A stretch of DNA of 64,000 nucleotides, taken from an uncultured Gammaproteobacteria bacterium (GTDB lineage Bacteria > Pseudomonadota > Gammaproteobacteria > SZUA-229). Each line of letters begins with the position of its first letter. The stretch's first letter is position 1. The DNA lies in assembly GCA_963768215.1 (NCBI GenBank), contig CAVYHW010000045.1, positions 1,821 to 65,820 on the forward strand, written 5' to 3'. Position numbers and translations under genes: made by a program. The notes beneath the pieces were generated by a model. The model saw only the letters and a list, made by a program, of their open reading frames with translations, searched no databases and was not told the origin of the DNA. This document shows, piece after piece, positions 1 to 9,785 of this stretch.

Positions 1-1
1 A

Positions 2-130
2 TACAGCAGCATGGTAGGCAACCTGCCCCCTGAACTACTTGAGCGCCATCAACGCATTCATGGTGAAGCGGTTAAACTTGCCAAACAAGCGGGCTGGAGC
101 GGAGATATCGACACCGAAGATGAAGGATAA
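2..130 (+). CDS. 3' end of an upstream CDS of unknown product (…NLPPELLERHQRIHGEAVKLAKQAGWSGDIDTEDEG*)
   Basis: Frame 2 is open from the window edge to TAA at 128-130. No recognisable motif. Confidence 0.3.
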   Translation, partial: YSSMVGNLPPELLERHQRIHGEAVKLAKQAGWSGDIDTEDEG

Positions 131-525
131 TATTATATTTTAATTGGCAATCATTGCGCATCCGAGAAAGGATGATAGCTGTCTGCTTTCTATCACTAAG
201 CCTGTTAAAGCATTTGCTTTTAAGAAAAGCACCCGGGCTCTATTAGGACTTATTACGATACCGACTTCTGGCACCTGGTTCGGGGAACGTCACTAAGCTC
301 AGAAGGTTCTGTGCCAAATCGCTCAAGCAATGCATTAAGGACAGTCTCCTTGATGGCAAGATACTGCATCGAACGAACAGGTATAAATAAATGACTTGTT
401 ATGCCTATGAAGAGTTATGAGAGCTACTAAAGAGGACGTTCAACTCGGGTCAAGACGTTCTTGATTTGAACAAAAGATGGTGTTTATTCTTGCTGTACTT
501 GTACAATCAGGTATTCAAAAAGGAT

Positions 526-741
526 TTAATTGTACTCTCCAGGAAGATCGTTTTTTATAACAGTAACCTTGCCAAATTTCTTACCTGACATTCTCAATAA
601 TTCATCACCTGAAAATTCAAAACCAAGCTTTAGTGCTATTCGCGCAACATCATCTGCAGTTGATGTTGCGAGCACCTCATTTTTAAGTGCAGGTTCAGAC
701 TGCATTTTTATTAAAAATGCCTCGAGTTGATCTAATGCCAT
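526..741 (-). CDS. Small Nif11-domain-like protein (71 aa); possible RiPP-precursor-like leader peptide
   Basis: The N-terminus MALDQLEAFLIKMQSEPALKNEVLATSTADDVARIALKLGFEFSGDEL matches the Nif11/NHLP-type leader pattern (M.eeqLkaFl.kv..d..Lq.kl.a....d.vvaiAkeaGf.it.del). A short basic tail follows. Confidence 0.55.
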   Translation of the reverse strand: MALDQLEAFLIKMQSEPALKNEVLATSTADDVARIALKLGFEFSGDELLRMSGKKFGKVTVIKNDLPGEYN

Positions 742-1115
742 ATTTGAAATTCCTATTCTCGCTAGCTGTTCATATATTAAACAGAAAAACCATTACAGGT
801 TTATAGCAAATTCTACTATTCTTTCAAGATATAGGCAATGAGTGGAACTCCCGGAAGACTAGATATATTGTGCAAGAAAAGGCATAACAATGGCAATTGA
901 GAGGGACTTGCCTTCCGCGGTGTTCGTTTGTGCTTGATAGCACAAGCCTAACCCCGCTCCGGCAAGCCCCTCATTGCGAGCAATCGGCTTCGATTCAGCA
1001 GCACATGGGCAAGGTTATAAGTCTGCGACAACAAGCGGGTCTGCTGGCAAAAAAACTCATCCGGTGTGAAAAATAATTGCGTATCATGAGCGGTCATGAT
1101 TTTAATTGTAGCACT

Positions 1116-2096
1116 CTAGTCGAATTGTGCCATAGCGGCTTTAACCACCGAGCTATCTGCATCTTCGGGATGACTATTTTCACTCAGGTAGCGACGCCAT
1201 GCCTTTGCGCCTCGACAGCCCTGATATAACCCCAGGATGTGCCGACTGATCGAATGTAGCCTGACACCACTGGCAACTTCACGATCGATGTACTCACATA
1301 TCTGCTCGACGATCTGTTGACGTGTTTTGACAACGGCCTGATCATCCTGATAAACCGTTTTATCGACCTCGGCCAGCATGTAGGGATTATGGTATGCCTC
1401 ACGGCCAAGCATGACACCATCAACATGCAGCAGTTGCTGTTGAACAGCGTCAATGGTTTTAATGCCGCCATTGATCACGATCGTCAAATCCGGTCGTTCA
1501 CTTTTGAGGCGATGCACGTAATCATACTTTAGTGGTGGGATCTCACGATTTTGCTTAGGACTTAAGCCCTGTAACCAGGCTTTTCTGGCATGCACGATAA
1601 AGGTCTCACAACCGGCACTAGCTACTTCGGTGACAAACGATGCAAAAGACTCATAGTCTTCCATATCGTCGATGCCGATACGGCACTTGACGGTAACGGG
1701 GATTTTTACTCTGGCGCTCATCGTCGATATACAATCGGCCACCAGTGTTGGTTTTGCCATCAAGCAGGCACCAAAGTTACCTGATTTCACCCGGTCACTG
1801 GGACAGCCGACATTAAGATTCACCTCGTCGAAGCCAGCGTCTTCAGCCATCAAGCTGCACTGCGCTAATGCCGAAGCATCACTGCCACCTAACTGCAACG
1901 CTATCGGGTGCTCATCCGCATGGTAGGCAAGTAGTCTTTTTTGAGTACCGACATGCTGATCGTTATATAATAAGGCGCCGGTGTTGACCATCTCGGTATA
2001 TAATAAAGTATGCTTGGTAATCAGGCGTAAAAAATATCGCGCATGACGGTCGGTCCAGCCCATCATCGGCGCGATAGATACTTGTCGTGAAATCAT
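1116..2096 (-). CDS. dusA: tRNA-dihydrouridine synthase A
   Basis: 326 aa with DusA hallmarks (SIAPMMGWTDRHARYF…, NLNVGCPSDRV, TIM-barrel flavoenzyme). Confidence 0.9.
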   Translation of the reverse strand: MISRQVSIAPMMGWTDRHARYFLRLITKHTLLYTEMVNTGALLYNDQHVGTQKRLLAYHADEHPIALQLGGSDASALAQCSLMAEDAGFDEVNLNVGCPSDRVKSGNFGACLMAKPTLVADCISTMSARVKIPVTVKCRIGIDDMEDYESFASFVTEVASAGCETFIVHARKAWLQGLSPKQNREIPPLKYDYVHRLKSERPDLTIVINGGIKTIDAVQQQLLHVDGVMLGREAYHNPYMLAEVDKTVYQDDQAVVKTRQQIVEQICEYIDREVASGVRLHSISRHILGLYQGCRGAKAWRRYLSENSHPEDADSSVVKAAMAQFD

Positions 2097-2160
2097 CTCT
2101 GTATTTTACTTTAATAACACGGCTGGTAATACGCCTGGTTGTTAACACAACGGGGAAGAT

Positions 2161-4200
2161 TTAGTGACTGGCTTGTACAGAAAGAAACATGCTGGCAGCT
2201 GCAGGATTTTCATTGGCCACAGCGGCAAAACTGTTAACCAGTTTATCTGCCTGTACGGCAAAAATTTTCTTTTGCTGTACTGGTTTCACCAATGCTGACA
2301 GCCTGCGCAGGTTCGACAAGGCAATGGCATTGGCTGCCGGTAGCGCATCATCAAAGATGCTTTTTGATCGGAACAGCAGATTTTTATCGTTAGCAGCCGA
2401 CTCAAAATAAGCATTCGAAACCTTATCAAAAAACAATCTGTCTTGCTCCTGCTGTAATTTTAGCGCTGTATTTAACCACCGGCTTTCATGATTGGCATCA
2501 TAGATTGTCAGCAGTCCATTGATCAGCCAGACATAGTCTGACAGCACAGGGCTGGAACTGGCCTTAGTATCACGGTACTGTCTATATAACTGGCCATCTT
2601 TGCTGTTAACCAGATGCTGTGTAATAAAATCTGCTGAGTGTATAGCCTCTGCCAATAGTTTCGGATCATCAAATACTTTCGAGGCGCGGGCAAAAGCAGT
2701 GATCATCATGCCATTCCAGGCAGTGATCACCTTGTCGTCAAGATGCGGACGGGGCCTTAACTGGCGTTTTACGTTGAGCTTTTTCTTTATCGAACTGAGC
2801 AGTGCCATTTGATTTTCTGTCAGCGGCTTATCCCGGAAATCTTCATCGATATAAAATATGTTTAGGTCGGTGAACTCCTGTCGTGGATCAGAATCGATAT
2901 TGCCATTTTCTCTGATATGAAAATATTTTTTAACCCAGTCAAATTCATCAGCAGTAAGATTGTTTTTCAACTCTGATTCACGCCATAAATAATAGGCGCC
3001 TTCGGCTTTATCTACGTGGTTATTTTTATCTGGCTGAGCATCTGCGGATCCGACACGTTCGCTATCCGCATCCAGCGCCGAATAATAACCGCCCTCGGCA
3101 GATCGCATCTCACGCTGTACAAATTCCAGCGTGTCATAAACGATCTGTTTATATTTAAGCTGTGCATCGACCTGGTAGAAGTCGCTATAAGCCAGCACCA
3201 TTAATGCCTGGCTGTATAACATCTTTTCAAAATGCGGAACCTGCCAGCGCTCATCTACCGAATAACGGTGAAAACCACCGCCGACCTGATCATATATTCC
3301 ACCTGAGGCCATTGCATCAAGCGTAGTTTTCATCATCTCTGTTAATTCTTTTTTATTTTTATCATCTAACCGTATGCGTTGATTCAGGTAGGCAAATATT
3401 CCCGGCCGCGGGAATTTTGGTGCAGCGCTAAAACCGCCGAACGATTCATCATAACTCGCTCTTATCTGCTGCACAGAAAGTTCATTGATATTGTCGGACA
3501 ACACACTTTCTTCGACCGTATCATCAGCCATTGCGGTAATACGTTCGGTTATCGATGTTGCGACCTCGTCGATCAGCTCAGGGTCTTGCTGCCATAACTC
3601 GTGTATCTTCAATAAAACATCTTTTAAACCTGTATGTCTGTCTGATGAAAACGGCGGATAATATGTCGCTGCATGAAATGGGCGAAGTTGATTATCAAGA
3701 AATACGGTCATCGGCCAACCGCCCTGACCATTAATTAATTGCGTTGCAGACATATACACCGAATCGATGTCTGGACGTTGTTCACGATCAACTTTTATAC
3801 AGACAAAATATTTATTTAATAGAGCAGCGATCTCTTTATTTTCAAATGACTCATGTGCCATAACGTGGCACCAGTGACAGGTCGAATAACCGATAGAAAG
3901 AAAGAGGGGCTTATGCTCTTTTTTCGCTTTTTCAAAAGCAACATCTCCCCAGGGATACCAGTTAACTGGATTGTATGCATGCTGCAATAAATAAGGACTG
4001 GATTCATCGATCAGACTATTTGCTTTTCGGCCTTCTTTTTTAGCCTGAGCAGCGGCTTGCTGTAAATAATTATCGACTGTGTTGTGTTCGATAGACGCAC
4101 TGATTTTAACGTCAGTCTGCGCCTCGGACGCAACAACAGACACAGATAAAAACTGTAAAAACAGAAAGAAAAATATAAATTTCATAGCATCAAAGACCAA
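2161..4200 (-). CDS. Thioredoxin-domain (DUF255/YyaL-like) protein with N-terminal signal peptide
   Basis: [43 protein letters not shown] is the DUF255 thioredoxin-like motif. A long alpha-toroid follows. The likely start is MKFIFFF… (hydrophobic signal). Confidence 0.8.
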   Translation of the reverse strand: MVFDAMKFIFFFLFLQFLSVSVVASEAQTDVKISASIEHNTVDNYLQQAAAQAKKEGRKANSLIDESSPYLLQHAYNPVNWYPWGDVAFEKAKKEHKPLFLSIGYSTCHWCHVMAHESFENKEIAALLNKYFVCIKVDREQRPDIDSVYMSATQLINGQGGWPMTVFLDNQLRPFHAATYYPPFSSDRHTGLKDVLLKIHELWQQDPELIDEVATSITERITAMADDTVEESVLSDNINELSVQQIRASYDESFGGFSAAPKFPRPGIFAYLNQRIRLDDKNKKELTEMMKTTLDAMASGGIYDQVGGGFHRYSVDERWQVPHFEKMLYSQALMVLAYSDFYQVDAQLKYKQIVYDTLEFVQREMRSAEGGYYSALDADSERVGSADAQPDKNNHVDKAEGAYYLWRESELKNNLTADEFDWVKKYFHIRENGNIDSDPRQEFTDLNIFYIDEDFRDKPLTENQMALLSSIKKKLNVKRQLRPRPHLDDKVITAWNGMMITAFARASKVFDDPKLLAEAIHSADFITQHLVNSKDGQLYRQYRDTKASSSPVLSDYVWLINGLLTIYDANHESRWLNTALKLQQEQDRLFFDKVSNAYFESAANDKNLLFRSKSIFDDALPAANAIALSNLRRLSALVKPVQQKKIFAVQADKLVNSFAAVANENPAAASMFLSVQASH

Positions 4201-4270
4201 ACCTCAAATATTAAACTTAGATATTAAGCGTAGAGACCAAACCCTAACTGTAGACGGATAAGCACAGGCA

Positions 4271-6331
4271 TTAAAGACGATACGCAAGTTCAAGACCATC
4301 CCTGATGGCTGTTTCTGCATCCAGCTCAGCTGCTTTTTTGGCACCACCGATAATATACACACTTTGGCCTATGTCACGGATCTGTTGATACAGTAAATTT
4401 TCAGATTTCTGCCCTGCACAGATAATGACATGATCAACAGCGATAACCTGTTTTTTCCCCTGATGTACGATATGCAGACCGTAATCATCAATTTTCTCGT
4501 AGACCAGATCAGATAACATCTTCACGCCTGCTTTGCGTAATGTCAGGCGCCGTATCCAGCCGGTTGTTCGTGCCAGGTTTTTTCCTGGTTTTTCGGCTTT
4601 ACGCTGCAACAGGTAGACCTCACGTTCACTGTGATGGTTCACCGGCTTATCTAACAGGCCACCACGATTCTTATATTGCCTGTCGATTCCCCAGTTTTCA
4701 TACCAGCTTTCTCTGCTGCACGAGTTACCGTCTTTACTGATCAACATCTCCGCGATATCAAAGCCGATTCCGCCAGCACCGATGATGGCCACTTTACTTT
4801 TCAGCGATGTTTTATTTTTAATGGCTGTTTCATAATCCATTACCGAGAAGTGTTCGATACCCTCGATGTCCGGTTTTCTTGGTGTAACCCCAGTGGCAAA
4901 TATGACCGCATCGGCATAAGTATCACGCAGATCTTCAAAAGCCACTTTGAAATTTCGATGCACCTCGACGTTCAGCAAGGTGAGCTGTGCTTCATAATAC
5001 CTAACCGTTTCATGATAGATTTCTTTGCCGGGTATCTCACTGGCCAGATTGAACTGGCCACCGAGGTTGTTTGCATCATAAGCGATAACATGATGACCGC
5101 GTAAAGCGGCATAATAAGCACACGATAAACCCGCCACGCCGAGCCCGACGATAATAATCGTTTTACACCGTTCCGCTTTGGTCAACGGGAACTCAGTCTC
5201 ATAAGCCGCTCGCGGGTTAACCAAACAGGTCGCCCTTTCCTGCTTGAACACACGATCAAGACAACCTTGATTACAGGCGATACATCGATTGATCAGATGC
5301 GACTCATTATTTTTTGCTTTCTGCACGAATTGACTGTCAGCAAGAAACGGCCTGGCCATCGATATCAGATCAGCGTCTCCATCCTGCAAACACTGCTCTG
5401 CCAGCTCAGGACTGTTTATCCGGTTTGAGGTGATCAGCGGTATATTAACAACCTGCTTTAATTTTTTTGTCACCCAGGTAAAAGCTGCTTCTGGCACAAC
5501 CGAAGCGATGGTTGGAATCCTTACCTCATGCCAGCCGATGCCAGTATTGATTATAGTGGCACCGGCTTTCTCGACCTGTTTTGCATGCTGTTCAATTTCC
5601 GGCCAACTGCTGCCGTCTTTATGCAGGTCGAGCATCGACAGTCGATAGATGATGATAAAGTCTTCACCCACAGCCCGCCGTATCGCCTGAATGATCTGCA
5701 GAGAAAAACGGATTCGATTTTCGAACGAGCCGCCCCATTCATCCTGTCGTTGATTGGTATTACTGCAGACAAACTGGTTTATCAGATAACCTTCAGAGCC
5801 CATCACTTCAACACCGTCATAACCCGCTCGCCTGGCAAGCCGTGCCGTATTTGCATAGGCGCTGATTATCTTGTTAATTTTTTTGTGGGTTAACTGCCTG
5901 GGAGAAAACGGCGAGATAGGTGACTGGATAGCGGAAGGTGCAACCGAAAATGGATGGTAGGCATAACGTCCTGCATGCAGGATCTGCAGACAGATTTTTG
6001 TTTCATGGCGATGCACTGCATCAACTAATTTACGATGTTTTGCGATCTGAAAAAAGGAGCTAAACTGCGATGCCATTAAAGACAGGCGGCCGCTAAAAGT
6101 TGGCGAGATACCGCCGGTGATAATCAAGCCGACTCCCGCCTTCGCTCGCTCCTCATAAAAACTGGCTAGCTTATCAAAACCTGACCAGTGCTCTTCCAGA
6201 CCGGTATGCATGGAACCCATGATGGTGCGATTACTTAGCTGGGTAAAACCCAGATCGAGCGGTTTCATCAAGAAGCAGAAATAAGACTTATTACTGGTTA
6301 AATTACTGGAATTCATATGAGATTCATCCAT
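4271..6331 (-). CDS. fadH: NADPH-dependent 2,4-dienoyl-CoA reductase (Old Yellow Enzyme domain + FAD/NAD(P)-binding domain)
   Basis: Old Yellow Enzyme domain (GSMHTGLEE…, HAGRYAYHP) followed by a Cys-cluster linker (RCIACNQGCLDRVF) and Rossmann folds (IVGLGVAGLSCAYYAA, IIGAGGIGFD). The true start is probably the internal MKPLDLGF at ~6268. Confidence 0.85.
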   Translation of the reverse strand: MDESHMNSSNLTSNKSYFCFLMKPLDLGFTQLSNRTIMGSMHTGLEEHWSGFDKLASFYEERAKAGVGLIITGGISPTFSGRLSLMASQFSSFFQIAKHRKLVDAVHRHETKICLQILHAGRYAYHPFSVAPSAIQSPISPFSPRQLTHKKINKIISAYANTARLARRAGYDGVEVMGSEGYLINQFVCSNTNQRQDEWGGSFENRIRFSLQIIQAIRRAVGEDFIIIYRLSMLDLHKDGSSWPEIEQHAKQVEKAGATIINTGIGWHEVRIPTIASVVPEAAFTWVTKKLKQVVNIPLITSNRINSPELAEQCLQDGDADLISMARPFLADSQFVQKAKNNESHLINRCIACNQGCLDRVFKQERATCLVNPRAAYETEFPLTKAERCKTIIIVGLGVAGLSCAYYAALRGHHVIAYDANNLGGQFNLASEIPGKEIYHETVRYYEAQLTLLNVEVHRNFKVAFEDLRDTYADAVIFATGVTPRKPDIEGIEHFSVMDYETAIKNKTSLKSKVAIIGAGGIGFDIAEMLISKDGNSCSRESWYENWGIDRQYKNRGGLLDKPVNHHSEREVYLLQRKAEKPGKNLARTTGWIRRLTLRKAGVKMLSDLVYEKIDDYGLHIVHQGKKQVIAVDHVIICAGQKSENLLYQQIRDIGQSVYIIGGAKKAAELDAETAIRDGLELAYRL

Positions 6332-6516
6332 AGATCATTCGTCTGCCCGATAACAAAACAAATTGTATCTTACTATCACCTATCTTTGGCAGGAAAAACA
6401 CCACACCGATTTTTAGTAAAATCGCGCAAAATACTATCTACGCAACAGCAAATAATTGTTTATTGTGTAGATGTGCCCTATAGTAGGCATTTTTAATGCA
6501 AGACCCACGTTGAGCT

Positions 6517-8277
6517 ATGTATAACCAGTACTTCGGATTTAAAGAGGCGCCTTTCTCTATTGCGCCCGATCCACATTATCTATATATGACGGCGCAACAC
6601 CGTGAAGCACTGGCTCATCTGGTTTACGGTTTAAACAGTGAAGGCGCCTGCATCCTGCTCACTGGCGAGGTTGGCACGGGTAAAACGACCATCTGCAGAT
6701 GCCTGCTAGAACAGGTTCCGGAACAGGCAAAAGTCGCATTAGTACTCAACCCTAAAGTCAGTGAAATCGAATTACTCGAGACCATCTGTGATGAATTGAA
6801 AATCAGTTATCCTGACACGGACAACAGCCTCAAAACTTATACAGATAAGATCTATGAATTCTTAATCGAAAGTAATCGCAAAAATGAAAAAACCGTATTA
6901 ATCATCGATGAAGCACAGAACCTGAGCAGTCCAGTCCTCGAACAACTTCGCTTGCTCACCAATCTGGAAACCAACCAACGCAAGTTATTACAGATCATTA
7001 TTTTAGGCCAGCCAGAACTGCTGGATATCCTGGCGAAATCCGAGATGCGGCAGCTTGCACAACGTATCACCGCACGCTTCCATCTAAAACCGCTGTCAAA
7101 AGATGAGGTTAAATCTTATGTCAGTCATCGCCTTGCCGTCGCCGGACAAAATATACAGTTATTTCCTGACAGCAGCATCAAGTTACTTTTTAAACTCAGC
7201 AAAGGCATACCCCGACTGATCAATGTTTTATGCGACCGCGCTTTGCTCGGTGCCTACGTAGAAAGCCAGAACTCAGTCAATCCGAACATCATAAAAAAAG
7301 CTGCAACAGAAGTTTTTGGTGAGTTAAAAAATGTTGAAAATAAGAATAAATTCAAACACTGGTTATATTCAGTCACTGCAGCATCCAGCATTATTCTACT
7401 TGTTAGCGTCCTGATCTTCTACATCACGCAGCCAGAAAACAGCGGCAGTGCTATTATAGAAAATCCCTTCACGCAAGAACAAACAACTTCGTTAGATAAT
7501 CATGCCGAGGATACAAACGAAACAAAAACCACTCCATTCCTTTCAGCGTTATCTGATCAGGAGACAGACTCATTACCAGGATCGCTAGGTGGACAGCCCA
7601 TCACCGATCCTGATGTTGCGACAACAGGCAGTTCAAGTACAGTCGAAAAAAACGCCACAACGCTAACTCAATATGATGATATGAAAGAAATATTAAATAA
7701 TGACTCAGACAGTATTGCCTCAGCTTATCAGGCGCTATTTAAATTGTGGGGAGAAAACTACAATATCAATCTTGCTGATACTGCATGCAAACAGGCAAAA
7801 TCACATTCTCTTGGCTGCCTGTACAAACAGGGAAACTTAAACAATCTAAAAGCGCATAGTCGCCCGGCTGTTTTAACGCTGATTAACAACGATGGTAGCA
7901 CGCACTACATTACTGTCGCTTCGATACACGAGGATTATGCCAAAGTATTTTATGACAATAGCGAATACAAAATCAGACTCAGCGATCTGGATAAATACTG
8001 GTACGGGCAGTTTGTTTTACTGTGGAAAAAACCAGCCAACTATTCTTCTGCCGTCACACCTGGCGACAAAGGCCCGATCGTAAGCTGGCTAAGATCACAT
8101 TTCGAGACTAAAAAACTTACAGGCAACGACCGCTACGATAAAAAGTTAATAAATGAAGTTAAAAGTTTTCAGTCACAACATGGATTAGCTGCTGATGGAA
8201 TCGTCGGCCCTGTTACTATCATCCATTTAAATACACAGTCTGGCTTAGCCGCGCCTACGCTAATCAAACAGAATTAA
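6517..8277 (+). CDS. gspA: GspA/ExeA-like AAA ATPase with C-terminal peptidoglycan-binding domain
   Basis: Walker A LLTGEVGTGKTT in the ExeA-type N-terminus, a TM segment, and a C-terminal PG-binding motif (SFQSQHGLAADGIVGPVT). Confidence 0.8.
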   Translation: MYNQYFGFKEAPFSIAPDPHYLYMTAQHREALAHLVYGLNSEGACILLTGEVGTGKTTICRCLLEQVPEQAKVALVLNPKVSEIELLETICDELKISYPDTDNSLKTYTDKIYEFLIESNRKNEKTVLIIDEAQNLSSPVLEQLRLLTNLETNQRKLLQIIILGQPELLDILAKSEMRQLAQRITARFHLKPLSKDEVKSYVSHRLAVAGQNIQLFPDSSIKLLFKLSKGIPRLINVLCDRALLGAYVESQNSVNPNIIKKAATEVFGELKNVENKNKFKHWLYSVTAASSIILLVSVLIFYITQPENSGSAIIENPFTQEQTTSLDNHAEDTNETKTTPFLSALSDQETDSLPGSLGGQPITDPDVATTGSSSTVEKNATTLTQYDDMKEILNNDSDSIASAYQALFKLWGENYNINLADTACKQAKSHSLGCLYKQGNLNNLKAHSRPAVLTLINNDGSTHYITVASIHEDYAKVFYDNSEYKIRLSDLDKYWYGQFVLLWKKPANYSSAVTPGDKGPIVSWLRSHFETKKLTGNDRYDKKLINEVKSFQSQHGLAADGIVGPVTIIHLNTQSGLAAPTLIKQN

Positions 8278-8279
8278 CC

Positions 8280-8996
8280 ATGTCCTACATACTTGATGCA
8301 CTAAAAAAATCTGAGCAGGAACGTGGTCAGGGCCGTGTACCCGATGTTCAAACGGTGCATTCATCCGGTCTGAATTATCGAAAAGATAAAAAATCTTACT
8401 GGCCTTACGTGCTAATTACCGCCGTTTTATTAAATCTTGTAGCGATCACATACTTCATTATTAATAAAGACAATCCACAGACAGAAAATCTGACTGCGGA
8501 TAATATCGTACCTGTTATCGAAGAAAACAACATCACTCCGCCAGCCCCTGAAATAACCACACCGTTAGACACGACAGTAAATGTCAGCAATAAAAATGAC
8601 AGCAAACTCCTGGCCACTAAAAAAGAATCCACCAATGACATTGGCTATCAGGAGAGCAGATCTGTCGAAGAAAGCCGTCAACCGACAGCAAGTAACCCAG
8701 TCATTATTAAAGAAGAAAAAACAAGAGAACCCGTAACGAGCTTCAACAGCGATGAAATCATTAGTTTTCATGAGTTACCACCATCGATAAAAGCGCAATT
8801 ACCCACTATTACAATCTCTGCTCATGTTTACTCCAGCAACCCATTACAGCGTAGCATTGTTATCAATAATAACTTTATGGAAGAAGGCGAATACCTTATC
8901 GATGGTTTAATACTTTATGAGATCACACCTGATGGTGCAATATTTGATTACCAGGGCACCTTGTTCAACTATGGCGTTGTCTCTGGCTGGCAATAG
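8280..8996 (+). CDS. gspB: GspB/ExeB-like general secretion pathway protein B
   Basis: MSYILDALKKSEQERGQ N-terminus typical of GspB, one TM, and translational coupling to gspA (3-nt gap). Confidence 0.6.
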   Translation: MSYILDALKKSEQERGQGRVPDVQTVHSSGLNYRKDKKSYWPYVLITAVLLNLVAITYFIINKDNPQTENLTADNIVPVIEENNITPPAPEITTPLDTTVNVSNKNDSKLLATKKESTNDIGYQESRSVEESRQPTASNPVIIKEEKTREPVTSFNSDEIISFHELPPSIKAQLPTITISAHVYSSNPLQRSIVINNNFMEEGEYLIDGLILYEITPDGAIFDYQGTLFNYGVVSGWQ

Positions 8997-9030
8997 TATT
9001 CTCTAAGCTGGAACAGAAACTCCGAACCCC

Positions 9031-9648
9031 CTAAAATTCACATTCCGCAAATAAGTGCATTTTCTTGTTGGTAACCGGATGTTCAAATAATAAATTATCG
9101 GCATGCAGCAACATCCTGGGCTGTTCTATTTCATCATTACCATATAAGCCATCACCAATAATCGGATGCTCCATCGCTTTGCAATGTACGCGTAACTGAT
9201 GCGTTCGACCCGTTTCCGGTTTAAGTAATAAACGAACAGAATCTGTATTTCTCTGTAATACCTGCCAGTGAGTTACTGCTGACTTACCATGTTCATAATC
9301 AACGATCTGCCGTGGCCGATCTTCTATATCACAACGCATAGGGAATTTAATCACACCTTCGTTTTCTTCAAGCCATTGCTTTACTACTGCGATATATTGC
9401 TTCTCAATTTTTCTATCATGAAAGATCCGACTTAAGGCTCGCTGCATCTCGATACCGATAGCAAACAGCATGATACCCGAGGTGTAGCAGTCGAGCCGAT
9501 GCACAACTTTTGCCTGGGGAATTAACCTCTCTAATCTATTTATCACACAGTCCTGCTTGTCAGGTCCTAAACCGGGCACAGACAATAAAGCCTGTGGTTT
9601 ATTCACCGCAAGGATGTATTCGTCCTGATATAGTATTTCAATCGTCAT
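9031..9648 (-). CDS. RluA-family pseudouridine synthase (short form, TruC/RluA-like)
   Basis: Catalytic motif VHRLDCYTSGIMLFA and HQLRVH. 205 aa, no S4 domain. Confidence 0.85.
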   Translation of the reverse strand: MTIEILYQDEYILAVNKPQALLSVPGLGPDKQDCVINRLERLIPQAKVVHRLDCYTSGIMLFAIGIEMQRALSRIFHDRKIEKQYIAVVKQWLEENEGVIKFPMRCDIEDRPRQIVDYEHGKSAVTHWQVLQRNTDSVRLLLKPETGRTHQLRVHCKAMEHPIIGDGLYGNDEIEQPRMLLHADNLLFEHPVTNKKMHLFAECEF

Positions 9649-9785
9649 CAGTAAATTATAATACTATAAAAATCTAAAGCACAGAATTATAACCAGTCTT
9701 GCTGATTTTCGATAAGTTTTTCATGTAATATGATACCAAATCAATAATTATAGATCGAAGTAATAAAATAGGAGATCGTAACGCC

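Noticed and set aside
4540-5893. Multiple 60-140-aa ORFs inside or antisense to fadH, glyS, ileS, pilY1, GGDEF-EAL and other long genes
   Set aside because: These are shadow ORFs of long genes with strong homology-based support on the other strand or frame.
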